Part shown: piece after piece, positions 7,867 to 16,610 of the stretch
How the letters are laid out: the number at the start of each line of letters is the position of its first letter
How positions within the stretch are numbered: the stretch's first letter is position 1
IMG/VR virus record: IMGVR_UViG_3300032116_000229
Location: 1 to 58,195 of that record
Origin: a virus
Lineage: Duplodnaviria; Caudoviricetes
DNA: 58,195 nt
Direction: 5' to 3' (one strand)
Notes under the pieces: model-generated
Seen by the model: only the letters and a program-made list of their open reading frames with translations
What the model was told of the DNA's origin: nothing
Databases searched by the model: none
Made by a program: the position numbers and the translations under genes

Positions 7867-8208
7867 TTACTCCGCAGGTTCGACCTTGTAGCCCCTGTTC
7901 ATCCAGGGTTCCATTTTGATGTTGAGCAGCCAATCGGCCACCGTTGGGATTCGTCCGCCGCAGTCTTCGCGGATGTGCTGCTCGCCAATGTAGCGAACTG
8001 GCACAGTACGACCGTCCGAATTGACAATCGTCCGCCCAAAGACGCGCTCCGCCTCAAAGATGCCTGATGAATGATGGCGGAGCGCGCGGTGCCTGGCGTC
8101 TGCAACCAACTCCTTAGTCGCATCGAACCAATCGTGGATAGCGGCATAATCTTCCGGCTTGCCGCCCCAAATCTTGACCGATGTAAGACTGTGGTGATGC
8201 GGGTGCAT
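7867..8208 (-). CDS. DUF6915-like His-rich protein
   Basis: HPHHHS...WGGKPEDYAAIHDWFD...RHRALRHHSSGIFEAE...IGEQHIREDCG; family name from recall. Confidence 0.75.
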   Translation of the reverse strand: MHPHHHSLTSVKIWGGKPEDYAAIHDWFDATKELVADARHRALRHHSSGIFEAERVFGRTIVNSDGRTVPVRYIGEQHIREDCGGRIPTVADWLLNIKMEPWMNRGYKVEPAE

Positions 8209-8213
8209 AACGC

Positions 8214-8699
8214 CTACTCCTTGTAGGGTCGCCACTCGAACGAGTGGTCATCTGTTTCCATGTGATTGATGCCCACTTCGCCAACAAAGACCAACTTGCC
8301 GTCGTCGTCGAATTCCAGGCTGATGCTTCCTTGACCGCCCTCGTTGTTAAACCAGTCCAGATTGGTCGATTCCAACAAGGCGTAGGCGACCGTCGAGACG
8401 ACTTCGGAAAGCGCGTTCGTCTCGACCTTGCGCGTCCGATAGACATACTTCTTGGACTCGGAGTCATACTCCTGGTACGACTCGGTGTAGGCCGGGCCTG
8501 GAATCTGTCCTGCGTTGACAATCCGCTTGTCGTCGCCGTCGTAGAAAACGACCGCGTCTATCGCACCGCTGTCACCACAGCCAGAGAACTCGATGACCAC
8601 TTTTCTGATTCCGTGCGAAAGAACGACTTTGGCAAAATCGTCGCGCTCTTCCACATTGGTGAACGGAAAAAACTCGTTATCTTCCGGATCTTTTGCCAT
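8214..8699 (-). CDS. DUF6878-like protein
   Basis: VIEFSGCGDSGAID and WFNNEGGQG motifs; family name from recall. Confidence 0.7.
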   Translation of the reverse strand: MAKDPEDNEFFPFTNVEERDDFAKVVLSHGIRKVVIEFSGCGDSGAIDAVVFYDGDDKRIVNAGQIPGPAYTESYQEYDSESKKYVYRTRKVETNALSEVVSTVAYALLESTNLDWFNNEGGQGSISLEFDDDGKLVFVGEVGINHMETDDHSFEWRPYKE

Positions 8700-8823
8700 G
8701 ACTCTCTCCTAGAAAAATGCGTTGAAAAGGATAATCGCCGTGACCACGATGATTATTTCGGCAGCCGCCATCGCGCGGCTTTGCTCACGCCGTTTGGGCA
8801 TCCGCTAACCCCCATGAACTTGG

Positions 8824-8857
8824 AAAGAAGGGACGGGGGCCGTTAAGCCCCCGCCCC
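8824..8857 (-). terminator. Rho-independent terminator after 8875-9567
   Basis: GGGGCGGGGGC-ttaacg-GCCCCCGTCCC then TTCTTT on the minus strand. Confidence 0.65.
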
Positions 8858-8874
8858 GTTGCCGTGCTGCTGAC

Positions 8875-9567
8875 TCAGGCAGCGGCCGTCGCAGCGGGTG
8901 CTGCGGCCGGCGCCGTCTCGATGTACCGCAGAACGATGCTCTCCTCGTTCAGAACGAGCGGAGTGCCCTTGCCCGCCTCCTTGCTTGCGATGCGGAAAGC
9001 AGGGAACAAGGCGAACATCTCCGACGCCTGCCGACGCGCAGTACCCGGCTTGTAGGAGCACTGCGTGAGGTAGTAGTCGACCAGGCCCTTGAGCGAAAGC
9101 GTGCCGCCCGACGAGCGCAGGGCCTTGATAGCCTGCACCGTGTAGACGCTCGGACGCTTGCCCGAAGCCATCGAAGTGACAAGATTCACCGCTTTCTCGC
9201 GAGTTTTCTTGTCCAGACGGTCGATTGCGGTGAGGGCTTCACCCTCCAGTCGCTCGCCGCCAGTCGTGAGAACAATCCCGCCAATCGACGCGCCCGACGA
9301 GGCGATGATATCGCTCGCCTTGTGCGTCACAAGGGACAGGCGAGGGGCGCGGGGCGCCTTCTCCTTCTTGCCCTTGATTTCGGCAGAGACACCCTCGGCA
9401 GTCGTCTCGGCGGGCTGCTCGGCATACGCTTCGCGCTTCGCATCGGACGCTTCCAGGTCAGCGATAACGCTGGCGATTTCGCCTGCGTCCGCATCAGACA
9501 CGGTGAGTTCCGTCCCGTCGGCCAGGACGACTTCATCCGCCACATCAGCCAACTTCTTCTTGGCCAT
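8875..9567 (-). CDS. putative DNA-binding protein (acidic N-terminus, wHTH-like C-terminus)
   Basis: own promoter and terminator; basic helical C-domain YTVQAIKAL...YKPGTARRQASEMF; function inferred. Confidence 0.7.
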   Translation of the reverse strand: MAKKKLADVADEVVLADGTELTVSDADAGEIASVIADLEASDAKREAYAEQPAETTAEGVSAEIKGKKEKAPRAPRLSLVTHKASDIIASSGASIGGIVLTTGGERLEGEALTAIDRLDKKTREKAVNLVTSMASGKRPSVYTVQAIKALRSSGGTLSLKGLVDYYLTQCSYKPGTARRQASEMFALFPAFRIASKEAGKGTPLVLNEESIVLRYIETAPAAAPAATAAA

Positions 9568-9580
9568 TTCAATCACCTCA

Positions 9581-9627
9581 GGCGACTAGTGTTGTTAGCC
9601 GGACAGGGTAGTCGCCGTTGAACCCTG
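9581..9627 (-). promoter_or_regulatory. H-type pseudoknot in 5'-UTR adjacent to the RBS
   Basis: S1 CAGGG/CCCTG and S2 GGCGACTA/TAGTCGCC interleaved, L2=0, A/C-rich L3; GAGGTG RBS 1 nt after S2. Confidence 0.55.
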
Positions 9628-9639
9628 CTCGACGATGCT

Positions 9640-9668
9640 AGTATCAGCGTGGATTTAGTCACCAGCAA
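9640..9668 (-). promoter_or_regulatory. sigma70-like promoter
   Basis: TTGCTG-17-GATACT. Confidence 0.65.
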
Positions 9669-9705
9669 CTGATTCCAGCGAACTACCAATCAACTACCAA
9701 AAGCG

Positions 9706-9963
9706 TCAAGGAATGACAGCGGAGATGTCCACCCCGCCGTCCCGAAGAACTTCCACGACCCTGCTAGGCAGCACGCCTATACCGTCGTAGTCCGTGAGCA
9801 CCAGGCGGCCTTTATCGTCGCGCTCGAACCAGAGGCCACCGCCGCACTCCCAGTCAACATTGCCGATGTATTCAAAGTATCCATAGAGGGCGTTGCTATC
9901 CACCCGGACTTCGTAGATTCGGCTCGGGAAAACCAAGTCATATTTGCGTTCCGACATTTGCAT
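9706..9963 (-). CDS. conserved phage hypothetical protein
   Basis: YGYFE...GGGLWF...LTDYDGIGVLP motif; GGAG RBS. Confidence 0.8.
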   Translation of the reverse strand: MQMSERKYDLVFPSRIYEVRVDSNALYGYFEYIGNVDWECGGGLWFERDDKGRLVLTDYDGIGVLPSRVVEVLRDGGVDISAVIP

Positions 9964-9990
9964 GACTCCAAAAGGCTAATTGACAGAGTT

Positions 9991-10019
9991 AGTGTCACGC
10001 TGGATTCAGTCACCAGCAA
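9991..10019 (-). promoter_or_regulatory. sigma70-like promoter, near-duplicate of 9640-9668
   Basis: TTGCTGGTGACTGAATCCAGCGTGACACT vs TTGCTGGTGACTAAATCCACGCTGATACT. Confidence 0.65.
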
Positions 10020-10682
10020 GTGTCTCCTAGCAACTGCCAACAACTCGCCAATCCAAGCCCTGGAGACGCTTCCGTGGCCCGTGTGCGATAGATATAAGAT
10101 GAACGCGCCTGCGCGCGTAGTGCTGGACACAATGGATGTCAACGCTTGCCAACGAGCTGCCTATCAACTGCCTATTTGCGTTGTGTGGATGCGCGGCACG
10201 CAGTCTTGGCGCTTCCAATTGGCTTGCCGAAGTGGACACTAGGTGGCTGGCTCGGCAAGCGGATTCCACGGATGCAGCGCGCAGAAACTTCCATGGTCCC
10301 GTAGCCACACCATGGAAGCTCGAGCCACTTAGGTGCGCCAATGGAGCGTGAAACGCCTAGAAGTCGGCCCCGCCTCATTCCTTGGGAAGTCTCTTTCCTG
10401 CCTCATACCTATTAGGAAGCAATAGGCCGCGCCCTTTTGGGCTGGCGCTTAGGTGCGTGAGGCGAAAAGTTGTCAGCGAGGAGTTTTCGGGAAAACGAAG
10501 GCGCCAGATCCTAGGGTAGGCTTTCCTAGTTTCAATTTTCGGAATTCGGCTGGCCGTTTTATTATTTAGCCTGCGAGGCTTGTCAGGCTTCAATTTCGGA
10601 AAATCTAAAGGCGCCAATTCCCTTTCAAATCGGATCTATTGGCAAGCGCCGGGTAGAAAATGGCGGTTTCGATTTAGACGCT

Positions 10683-10745
10683 ATTAGGGCGGGCCTTTCC
10701 CGGTCTAGCCCTAGCCCTTACCCTAGCCCTGAGGCCCGCCCTAAT
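10683..10745 (-). other. perfect 14-bp inverted repeat enclosing a telomere-like G4 motif
   Basis: ATTAGGGCGGGCCT/AGGCCCGCCCTAAT; loop reads GGGCTAGGGTAAGGGCTAGGG on the minus strand. Confidence 0.7.
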
Positions 10746-10953
10746 GGGCTTATAGCGCGAGGTTTTCGCAGCCTTTCGGTTAACTTTCTAGTAGTCGCCC
10801 AAACTGTCGGAGTTCGGGCCTTTTGAGGCTGCTAATATAAGGCAGTTCTTATATTTGTAAGCCGAATTCAGGAAAAGGCCAGGTAGGAAATTCGAGAAGT
10901 GGCTGCCGCGTCCTTGCAGCAGCCTACTACCCGTGCGCCCCCGCTGGCCGGAT

Positions 10954-11496
10954 TTATGTGGACTGGTCCTGGTTGGACGGCTCGCTGCGGTAGCGACGGA
11001 GGATGTGGGCGCGGTCCGCGTCCGACACCTCTTCTGGCGTCAGGTACCTAAAGAAAGCCGACAGGTCGTAGCCGTCCTTCTCCATCCCGGCTTTGACTTG
11101 GCCCAGCCTGTAGTTCATGTGCCGAACAATCGAGTCGGTGTGCGGGACGACATGAAGGCGACCAGAGATTGCACCGAAGGTCAGAAGAATCCGATGAACG
11201 ATTGTTCCAATCGGCATCAGAACAATGCTGGCAACGCCGAGAATCATGCCGAAGATTCCAAGACCGGCATTTTTAATGCCTCTGCCAAATTCGCGGATGA
11301 TATCGAGCGGCAGCGGGGCAAGCACTGCCTTAAGCCAGAGTTCCAAATTCTTCCGCGTTCGCACCGGGCCAACCTTCAAGTCAATGGCTTGAGGATGAAA
11401 GTTCATGATTGGGTTGGCACTCATGCGCCGCTTAAACTCAGCCCAGGCCGCATCGTCCTGCTCGGTCCAGTCTTCCGGCTTATCATCTTCGGTCAC
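10954..11496 (-). CDS. hypothetical membrane protein
   Basis: GGAG RBS; central hydrophobic segment. Confidence 0.7.
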   Translation of the reverse strand: MTEDDKPEDWTEQDDAAWAEFKRRMSANPIMNFHPQAIDLKVGPVRTRKNLELWLKAVLAPLPLDIIREFGRGIKNAGLGIFGMILGVASIVLMPIGTIVHRILLTFGAISGRLHVVPHTDSIVRHMNYRLGQVKAGMEKDGYDLSAFFRYLTPEEVSDADRAHILRRYRSEPSNQDQST

Positions 11497-11521
11497 AATC
11501 GTCTCCTTCCTTACGGGTTAC

Positions 11522-12076
11522 TTACTTCACGGACGAAATGTCGTAGAAGTTCCTTTTGAGGCCACGATGAAGGCATTTCAGCGTGACCATCACATCGTAT
11601 TCCGCAGCGTGTGCAAGGCTGCGGTCGTAATCAATCGTCAGCGACCAGCAGAGTTCTGCCAGCCTGGGGTACTTGCCGAAAGCCGTAGCCCATCTAGCGT
11701 TTTCCATCGTGCAGAACACGGGCGGCGTCGGGGGCATGATGCCGACACGCATCAACTCGGCAGCGATAAACGGGCCGTCGAAGGCCATGTTGTGCGCAAC
11801 CAGGATTTCCCCGCGCTTCATCCAGTCGACAATGGCCGGCGCAACACGATTCCAGGTTGGCTTGCCGACAAGTTCGCTGATGCCGATTTTATGAACAGCC
11901 TCAGCGTCAGGGTCGATGGCCCGCTCCGGGTTGATGCGCTGGACATACTTGTCCAGGACTTCAATCTCCGGCTTTGTAGGGTCGATATCGGCAAGCACCA
12001 TCGCGATTTCGATGATGCGATGGCCTTTAGCCTGGTCCAGACCGGTGGTTTCTGTATCTACGCCAATGACTTTCAT
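11522..12076 (-). CDS. DEDDh 3'-5' exonuclease (DnaQ/epsilon-like)
   Basis: DTETTG, AHNMAFD and AHAAEYDV motifs. Confidence 0.92.
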   Translation of the reverse strand: MKVIGVDTETTGLDQAKGHRIIEIAMVLADIDPTKPEIEVLDKYVQRINPERAIDPDAEAVHKIGISELVGKPTWNRVAPAIVDWMKRGEILVAHNMAFDGPFIAAELMRVGIMPPTPPVFCTMENARWATAFGKYPRLAELCWSLTIDYDRSLAHAAEYDVMVTLKCLHRGLKRNFYDISSVK

Positions 12077-12080
12077 GTGC

Positions 12081-12386
12081 TTACCTGTAGCGACTCGTAG
12101 TGAGCGCCTGATGAAGAAGGTGGGCCACGCTATTCACCATCGACTCGCGCCTATTGAGCGAGTTCTGACTCAGCATGGTAAGAATGGCGTGCACCAGCTC
12201 GTGGAAGAAGACCTGCTCGGTGCGCGAACGCTCCGGGCAATCCAGGATGTCGATTTGCAACTTGTCCGGATCCCACGAGCCAATCGTGCCGATTTTGTGC
12301 GGCCACTTGCGCGCAGGAATTACCCGGACTTCAATCGTGTGTCCAAGCAGTTGCAGGCTCTTGGGGATTTGGAATCGGTTATTCAT
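12081..12386 (-). CDS. HExxH zinc metallopeptidase-like protein
   Basis: FFHELVHAIL plus a downstream E. Confidence 0.75.
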   Translation of the reverse strand: MNNRFQIPKSLQLLGHTIEVRVIPARKWPHKIGTIGSWDPDKLQIDILDCPERSRTEQVFFHELVHAILTMLSQNSLNRRESMVNSVAHLLHQALTTSRYR

Positions 12387-12741
12387 GTCTGCCAGAAAAG
12401 CCAATTGGTTGCCAGTATTCACAGTCCTTCTTCCCCTTGCCTTGTCGTTCCAGCAATTCAGCCTGAACGCAATGGCTAATTAGGCCGCTATCGAATACAC
12501 AGCCGTCTGGTTTCATGCCTGGCTCGAGGTCGACATGACAGCCATAATCAGTGGGGCCAAGACCGTCATCAGGAAGCTCGACTGTGCGGACTTCGTACGC
12601 CTCTTTCAGCGTGGCGTCGGGCTTTTGCCGCGCTACCCACTCACACGCCGCAGCCTCCGAATCGAACGGGCCGAAGATGCGGGTCAACGAGGCAAAGTAA
12701 CGCTTGATGACCACATACTTTTCTGGCGGGCGGTCAGTCAC
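12379..12741 (-). CDS. hypothetical protein with Cys-rich C-terminus
   Basis: GTGA-coupled; CHVD...GCVFD...CEYW. Confidence 0.7.
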   Translation of the reverse strand: MTDRPPEKYVVIKRYFASLTRIFGPFDSEAAACEWVARQKPDATLKEAYEVRTVELPDDGLGPTDYGCHVDLEPGMKPDGCVFDSGLISHCVQAELLERQGKGKKDCEYWQPIGFSGRHE

Positions 12742-13028
12742 GGCAGATACCTCTGAAAGATGGGCAGAGCGCGGCGGTAGGCCTTCCTCTCCTTGTCACT
12801 CTGGCCTTCAAGCATTGCGATGGCCCCATAATGAACCAGCTTCATGCCTTTCATATGTCTTTCCCACCACTCAGTATCGTCGTCGATGCCTAATAGGCGA
12901 ATTTTTTTGTCACGCCTATCAACTTGCCTGTACAGCAGTTCTTGAACGAAGGCTGCCGTTGCCATCTTGGCGGTCTTGTAGGGGCGACCACTAATATATG
13001 CCGCAGGCACAATCTTAACATTCGACAT
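12738..13028 (-). CDS. hypothetical protein
   Basis: GGAGG RBS. Confidence 0.7.
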   Translation of the reverse strand: MSNVKIVPAAYISGRPYKTAKMATAAFVQELLYRQVDRRDKKIRLLGIDDDTEWWERHMKGMKLVHYGAIAMLEGQSDKERKAYRRALPIFQRYLP

Positions 13029-13251
13029 TTGCCCTCCGATTCGCGTTGCTTACTTGTGACTTATGTTAGCAATCAAACAACAGTCCGGGAATCACTACCA
13101 ATCACCCGCCGAAAAATTGCCGCCACTTCTCTTTGGCGTAAGAGATTGCGAGCATGGTGCAGCCATATACCAAGCCAAGTACCCACATCACCGCCAGGAA
13201 CTCTATGACAAACGCCAGCGCCTTATACTGTGCGCTCATGAATGTCTGCCG

Positions 13252-13491
13252 CTACGGCGCCCTGGCCATTAGGTTGGCAACCTCGCCTTCTCTGAAGGCG
13301 CGACTCGAGAACCTGGAAAAGATTTGCGCGACCAGCTTGGCATCTTGCTTGAGCAGCCACTCGTATTGGGCCACCTTTTCGCGCAGCGCCTCAATCTTCT
13401 CGTCACGGTCGCTAACCATCCGCTCTAGCGTGATGATTTGGCTTGCAGGAGAAGCGCCACGGGTATCGTAGTTGTAGAAGCCTTTACTCAC
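13252..13491 (-). CDS. hypothetical coiled-coil protein
   Basis: probable GTG start (MSKGFYNY). Confidence 0.55.
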   Translation of the reverse strand: MSKGFYNYDTRGASPASQIITLERMVSDRDEKIEALREKVAQYEWLLKQDAKLVAQIFSRFSSRAFREGEVANLMARAP

Positions 13492-13669
13492 TGCGGCTGG
13501 CTCTCTTGATGTAAACCCGGTTGCTCGCCGATTCAAAGCCATACGCGCAAACAAGCGCCACGATTGCGAACCCAACGGCTACCAGGGAGATTGGAACAAA
13601 GATGACCCGACGAATGACCGTCACTCCGTACAAGACTTTATCTGCCAACTTCATATGCTGACCTGCACC

Positions 13670-13873
13670 TTAATTACCAGCGTAGATGGAAATGTAGAAC
13701 TCTCCTTCTTCCAAATCGAAGGGGCCACACTCGTCTTCAATGTGGTTAGTGACAAAGGCAGTACTCAGCTTGCCGCAATCACCAGAGGCGCCATGACGAT
13801 AGAAAACCTCGAGGTCGCCATGACCCTCTAATTGCAACTTTTGCAGGCACTCCACAAATTTATTTAGTTTCAT
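13670..13873 (-). CDS. hypothetical protein
   Basis: ATGA overlap; phage-like HGDLEV motif. Confidence 0.7.
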   Translation of the reverse strand: MKLNKFVECLQKLQLEGHGDLEVFYRHGASGDCGKLSTAFVTNHIEDECGPFDLEEGEFYISIYAGN

Positions 13874-14202
13874 TGGGCTTCGTCCTGTCTTGTGCTATCC
13901 GCTACCTTGTTAAATGTCTGGCGCTCAACCGATATGTTTTGTCGCCGCGCAATCAGACCCTTCTCCAACCAGACCTTGATGGCGTAATTGACGGTGTGCG
14001 ACTGGCGCTCTTTACCGTTCTTGTCGATAAAGTAGATATCACTACCGTCGAAGAGCAGGTATCCGTCTCCGGGATAGACGACAATGGAGTAACTGTCGTT
14101 GTGCGTCAGGAATCCGAGACCGATGCCTAATGTGTTGAGAACGGGGTCACCGTTAGGCACCGCAACAATGTCGTACTCACCGATGTAATCCTTGTTTTTC
14201 AT
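13870..14202 (-). CDS. hypothetical protein
   Basis: AGGA RBS; coupled to the next gene. Confidence 0.7.
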   Translation of the reverse strand: MKNKDYIGEYDIVAVPNGDPVLNTLGIGLGFLTHNDSYSIVVYPGDGYLLFDGSDIYFIDKNGKERQSHTVNYAIKVWLEKGLIARRQNISVERQTFNKVADSTRQDEAQ

Positions 14203-14210
14203 ACGCCGTC

Positions 14211-14369
14211 CTATCGAGTCTTGTATTCGCCGTCTTGGCTCGCCTTTATCACCTCATTAATGGTGGATAGCGGCAGACCAACTTCTTTGGCAATTGCGCC
14301 TTTGGGCCAGTGGAACACGAAATACAACTCCAGTGTTTTCAGAACCATATCTGTGTCCGGCTCGTTCAC
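14211..14369 (-). CDS. small HTH protein (sigma region-4-like)
   Basis: GTG start in GGAGAGCCGTGA junction; WPKGAIAKEVGLPLSTINEVI helix-turn-helix pattern. Confidence 0.6.
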   Translation of the reverse strand: MNEPDTDMVLKTLELYFVFHWPKGAIAKEVGLPLSTINEVIKASQDGEYKTR

Positions 14370-14548
14370 GGCTCTCCCACTTCCAGGTGGGCGTTTCGCA
14401 CCATCTGAATTTGGTAGGCGGCAAAATCCATCTGCTTTTCCGCATAAGCGAAGGCTTCTTCGCGGGAATCGAACAGCCCGTACACTTCCACGGGGTCGTA
14501 GTGGAAGTAACTTAGGACTACCCACTTGTCTGTCTCTTCCCCGTTCAC
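14366..14548 (-). CDS. hypothetical protein
   Basis: VYGLFDSREEAFAYA motif; GTGA overlaps at both ends. Confidence 0.7.
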   Translation of the reverse strand: MNGEETDKWVVLSYFHYDPVEVYGLFDSREEAFAYAEKQMDFAAYQIQMVRNAHLEVGEP

Positions 14549-14730
14549 GGCTCGTCATACTCACGGACGACGCACGACACCTTCCAATCCTCGAAAGTAA
14601 GCCGCCTCGATATCCACCCGTTGCCGAGTTCGTGATAGAGGCCCTGCTTTTTTGCTTCCTTGTCGAACGCAGCCAACAGCGCGTCATAAAGGTCATCGTC
14701 AATCGTATTGATATCCAAGTGCATCTTCAC
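14545..14730 (-). CDS. hypothetical protein, similar to the N-terminal half of 16231-16563
   Basis: IDDDLYDALLAAF...FEDWKVSC vs LDESTYDGVLRAF...YDNWIIQC. Confidence 0.7.
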   Translation of the reverse strand: MKMHLDINTIDDDLYDALLAAFDKEAKKQGLYHELGNGWISRRLTFEDWKVSCVVREYDEP

Positions 14731-14755
14731 CTCACACCTCCCGCCGTAAATTGGC

Positions 14756-15130
14756 TTACCAATCGCATAGTTCCTTAAACTTCATAACATCGCCTTGAAG
14801 TTCGTCCGGGTTGTCGTCGCTAAGCCAGTGGGCGAGACACACCATCAACGCCTTTCGCAGTTGTCCATTCTTGTACGCCAAGTCGATGGCAGCACTCTGC
14901 GCTTGAAGTGCGACGGCATTCAGCCGCTCGTTCTCTGCCTTCAGCCGCTCGATTTCTTCTTCCTTGCATACCTGGCTGTACATGACCGGGTCGATGCACC
15001 TCGCCACATCAGCCCAAAAGGATGTCATATCGCGGTGATACTCCTTCATCCCCCATGCGTACTCGAAAGCCTTGTCCTTGCCCAGTGATGCGATGAGGCA
15101 CTTGGCGTGCTCCTTGCAGTCGTTGCTCAT
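14756..15130 (-). CDS. hypothetical coiled-coil protein
   Basis: GGAGG RBS; EIERLKAENERL motif. Confidence 0.7.
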   Translation of the reverse strand: MSNDCKEHAKCLIASLGKDKAFEYAWGMKEYHRDMTSFWADVARCIDPVMYSQVCKEEEIERLKAENERLNAVALQAQSAAIDLAYKNGQLRKALMVCLAHWLSDDNPDELQGDVMKFKELCDW

Positions 15131-15206
15131 CGGAACATCCTCCCCACCCAGGCCAGAAACGCCTCCAGTGCATCCATCGCCCACTCGGCGGCTTTGCGTA
15201 AGGCGT

Positions 15207-15611
15207 TCATCGTTTGCCGAAGAAATACAGCCAATCCATATGGGTCAACTGAAGGCTCATCGATGGCCTGTCCTTCAGCACATCAATCCAGCCTGCGTAT
15301 TCGTCTGCCGCTTGCTGATGGCTCTGAATCTTGGCGTGACACTCAGCCAGCTTCCTCTGCAACTCTGGACGAATCATTACTTGAGGCCCACCAGGCTGCT
15401 GGCTCGTGTAGTTGCTGATGGTTGCGGCAATGCTCTCGTTGATTTCCAGTCCAGACTCCCGAATCTCGGCAAGGACTTTCGCTTTTTCGTCAGCCCACCA
15501 CGCTACGCGGCTGCGTCGGAATTCGCGCTGGAGCCTCGCCCCTTCCGCAACCTGTGCTGCCGTGTATGGAAACTGCCATTCGTTTCGCTTACCGCTGCCA
15601 ATGTGCATCAT
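15207..15611 (-). CDS. hypothetical protein
   Basis: AGGA RBS; 134-aa ORF in operon. Confidence 0.75.
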   Translation of the reverse strand: MMHIGSGKRNEWQFPYTAAQVAEGARLQREFRRSRVAWWADEKAKVLAEIRESGLEINESIAATISNYTSQQPGGPQVMIRPELQRKLAECHAKIQSHQQAADEYAGWIDVLKDRPSMSLQLTHMDWLYFFGKR

Positions 15612-15662
15612 GATTTCGTTCCTGTTGGTTTATTGAACATTGATAAAGGCTGCCGCGATTAC

Positions 15663-15842
15663 TCACGGCATTGCTCCCCACAGCCACACAACGACACCGG
15701 CGAACATCAAGCCGAAGCCGACAAATATGGCCAAGAAAATCATTATCCAAAGAAAAGCCACAGACCGGCGAGAGCCACCCCAAGGGGCCACTAGTGACGC
15801 CAGCAGCCCGACCGTAAACAGAACTAGGCCTATTGCGGTCAC
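15663..15842 (-). CDS. 59-aa two-TM membrane protein (not in ORF track)
   Basis: MTAIGLVLFTVGLLASLVAPWGG...FLWIMIFLAIFVGFGLMFAGVVVWLWGAMP; GTGA overlap. Confidence 0.6.
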   Translation of the reverse strand: MTAIGLVLFTVGLLASLVAPWGGSRRSVAFLWIMIFLAIFVGFGLMFAGVVVWLWGAMP

Positions 15843-16234
15843 GGCTTCGTCTCTCTAATTTCGTCCAGAATCTTTTGCTGCTCGGCGCGCTCAACATCCC
15901 ACGCCGCGTCCGAAGCCCACGCAGCAGCCTTCGCGGCAGACTTTGCCGCAGTCCACGCAGCAGCCTTCGCCGCACCCCACGCTGAAGCCCACGCCGCGTC
16001 CGTCTCATCGGACGCCGCATCCATCGCAGCCCACGCATCCTCCGCAGCCCACGCCGCAGCCCTCGCCGCAGCCAGTTCCTCGTCCGTCGCCTCGCCTCGT
16101 GCGTGACGCTCGGCAACATCCAGCGCGGCAATGCTTCGCGGGTCGGCCATCAGGTGCTGCACCCGTCGCGCACAGCGGACAGCAAACAGGCGCAACTGCG
16201 CGTCGGTCAGGCCGTCGAGGTTTAGGTCGCTCAC
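15839..16234 (-). CDS. Imm-5-like / Ala-Trp repeat protein
   Basis: LRLFAVRCARRVQHLMADPRSIAALDVAERHARGEATDEEL followed by AAWAA repeats. Confidence 0.75.
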   Translation of the reverse strand: MSDLNLDGLTDAQLRLFAVRCARRVQHLMADPRSIAALDVAERHARGEATDEELAAARAAAWAAEDAWAAMDAASDETDAAWASAWGAAKAAAWTAAKSAAKAAAWASDAAWDVERAEQQKILDEIRETKP

Positions 16235-16563
16235 GGCTTCGCCTCCTGTTGTCGCCGCACCTCTTCGAAGGCGTCATCGATGTGGCTCTCAGCGTCCTCG
16301 AGCGCAGTTAAAAGGTGCTGAGTCATGCTCTCGATTGGAACATCCTGACGAATCTGAATAACCAGTTCGCGAAGCAAATGGGTTGGCGACGAGGTCTGCA
16401 AATTTTCGGCAGTGCACTGGATAATCCAGTTGTCGTAGAAGAAATCGTCCGGGTTGAAGAAAAACGGCCCTGACTGCGTGGCCGCCCTGAAGGCACGAAG
16501 AACACCGTCGTATGTGCTTTCGTCCAAATCGTCCGCTGTAATCGTCAACTGCACCTTGTTCAT
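16231..16563 (-). CDS. hypothetical protein
   Basis: GGAGG RBS; ends in EAKP* junction. Confidence 0.7.
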   Translation of the reverse strand: MNKVQLTITADDLDESTYDGVLRAFRAATQSGPFFFNPDDFFYDNWIIQCTAENLQTSSPTHLLRELVIQIRQDVPIESMTQHLLTALEDAESHIDDAFEEVRRQQEAKP

Positions 16564-16610
16564 AAGCCCTCCTGGGTTGTGCAATCATAATACTCTAGTC
16601 GTGACTTAGT

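Noticed and set aside
10027-10617. Short ORFs in the 10-11 kb island
   Set aside because: No RBS, atypical composition, mutually overlapping; treated as non-coding
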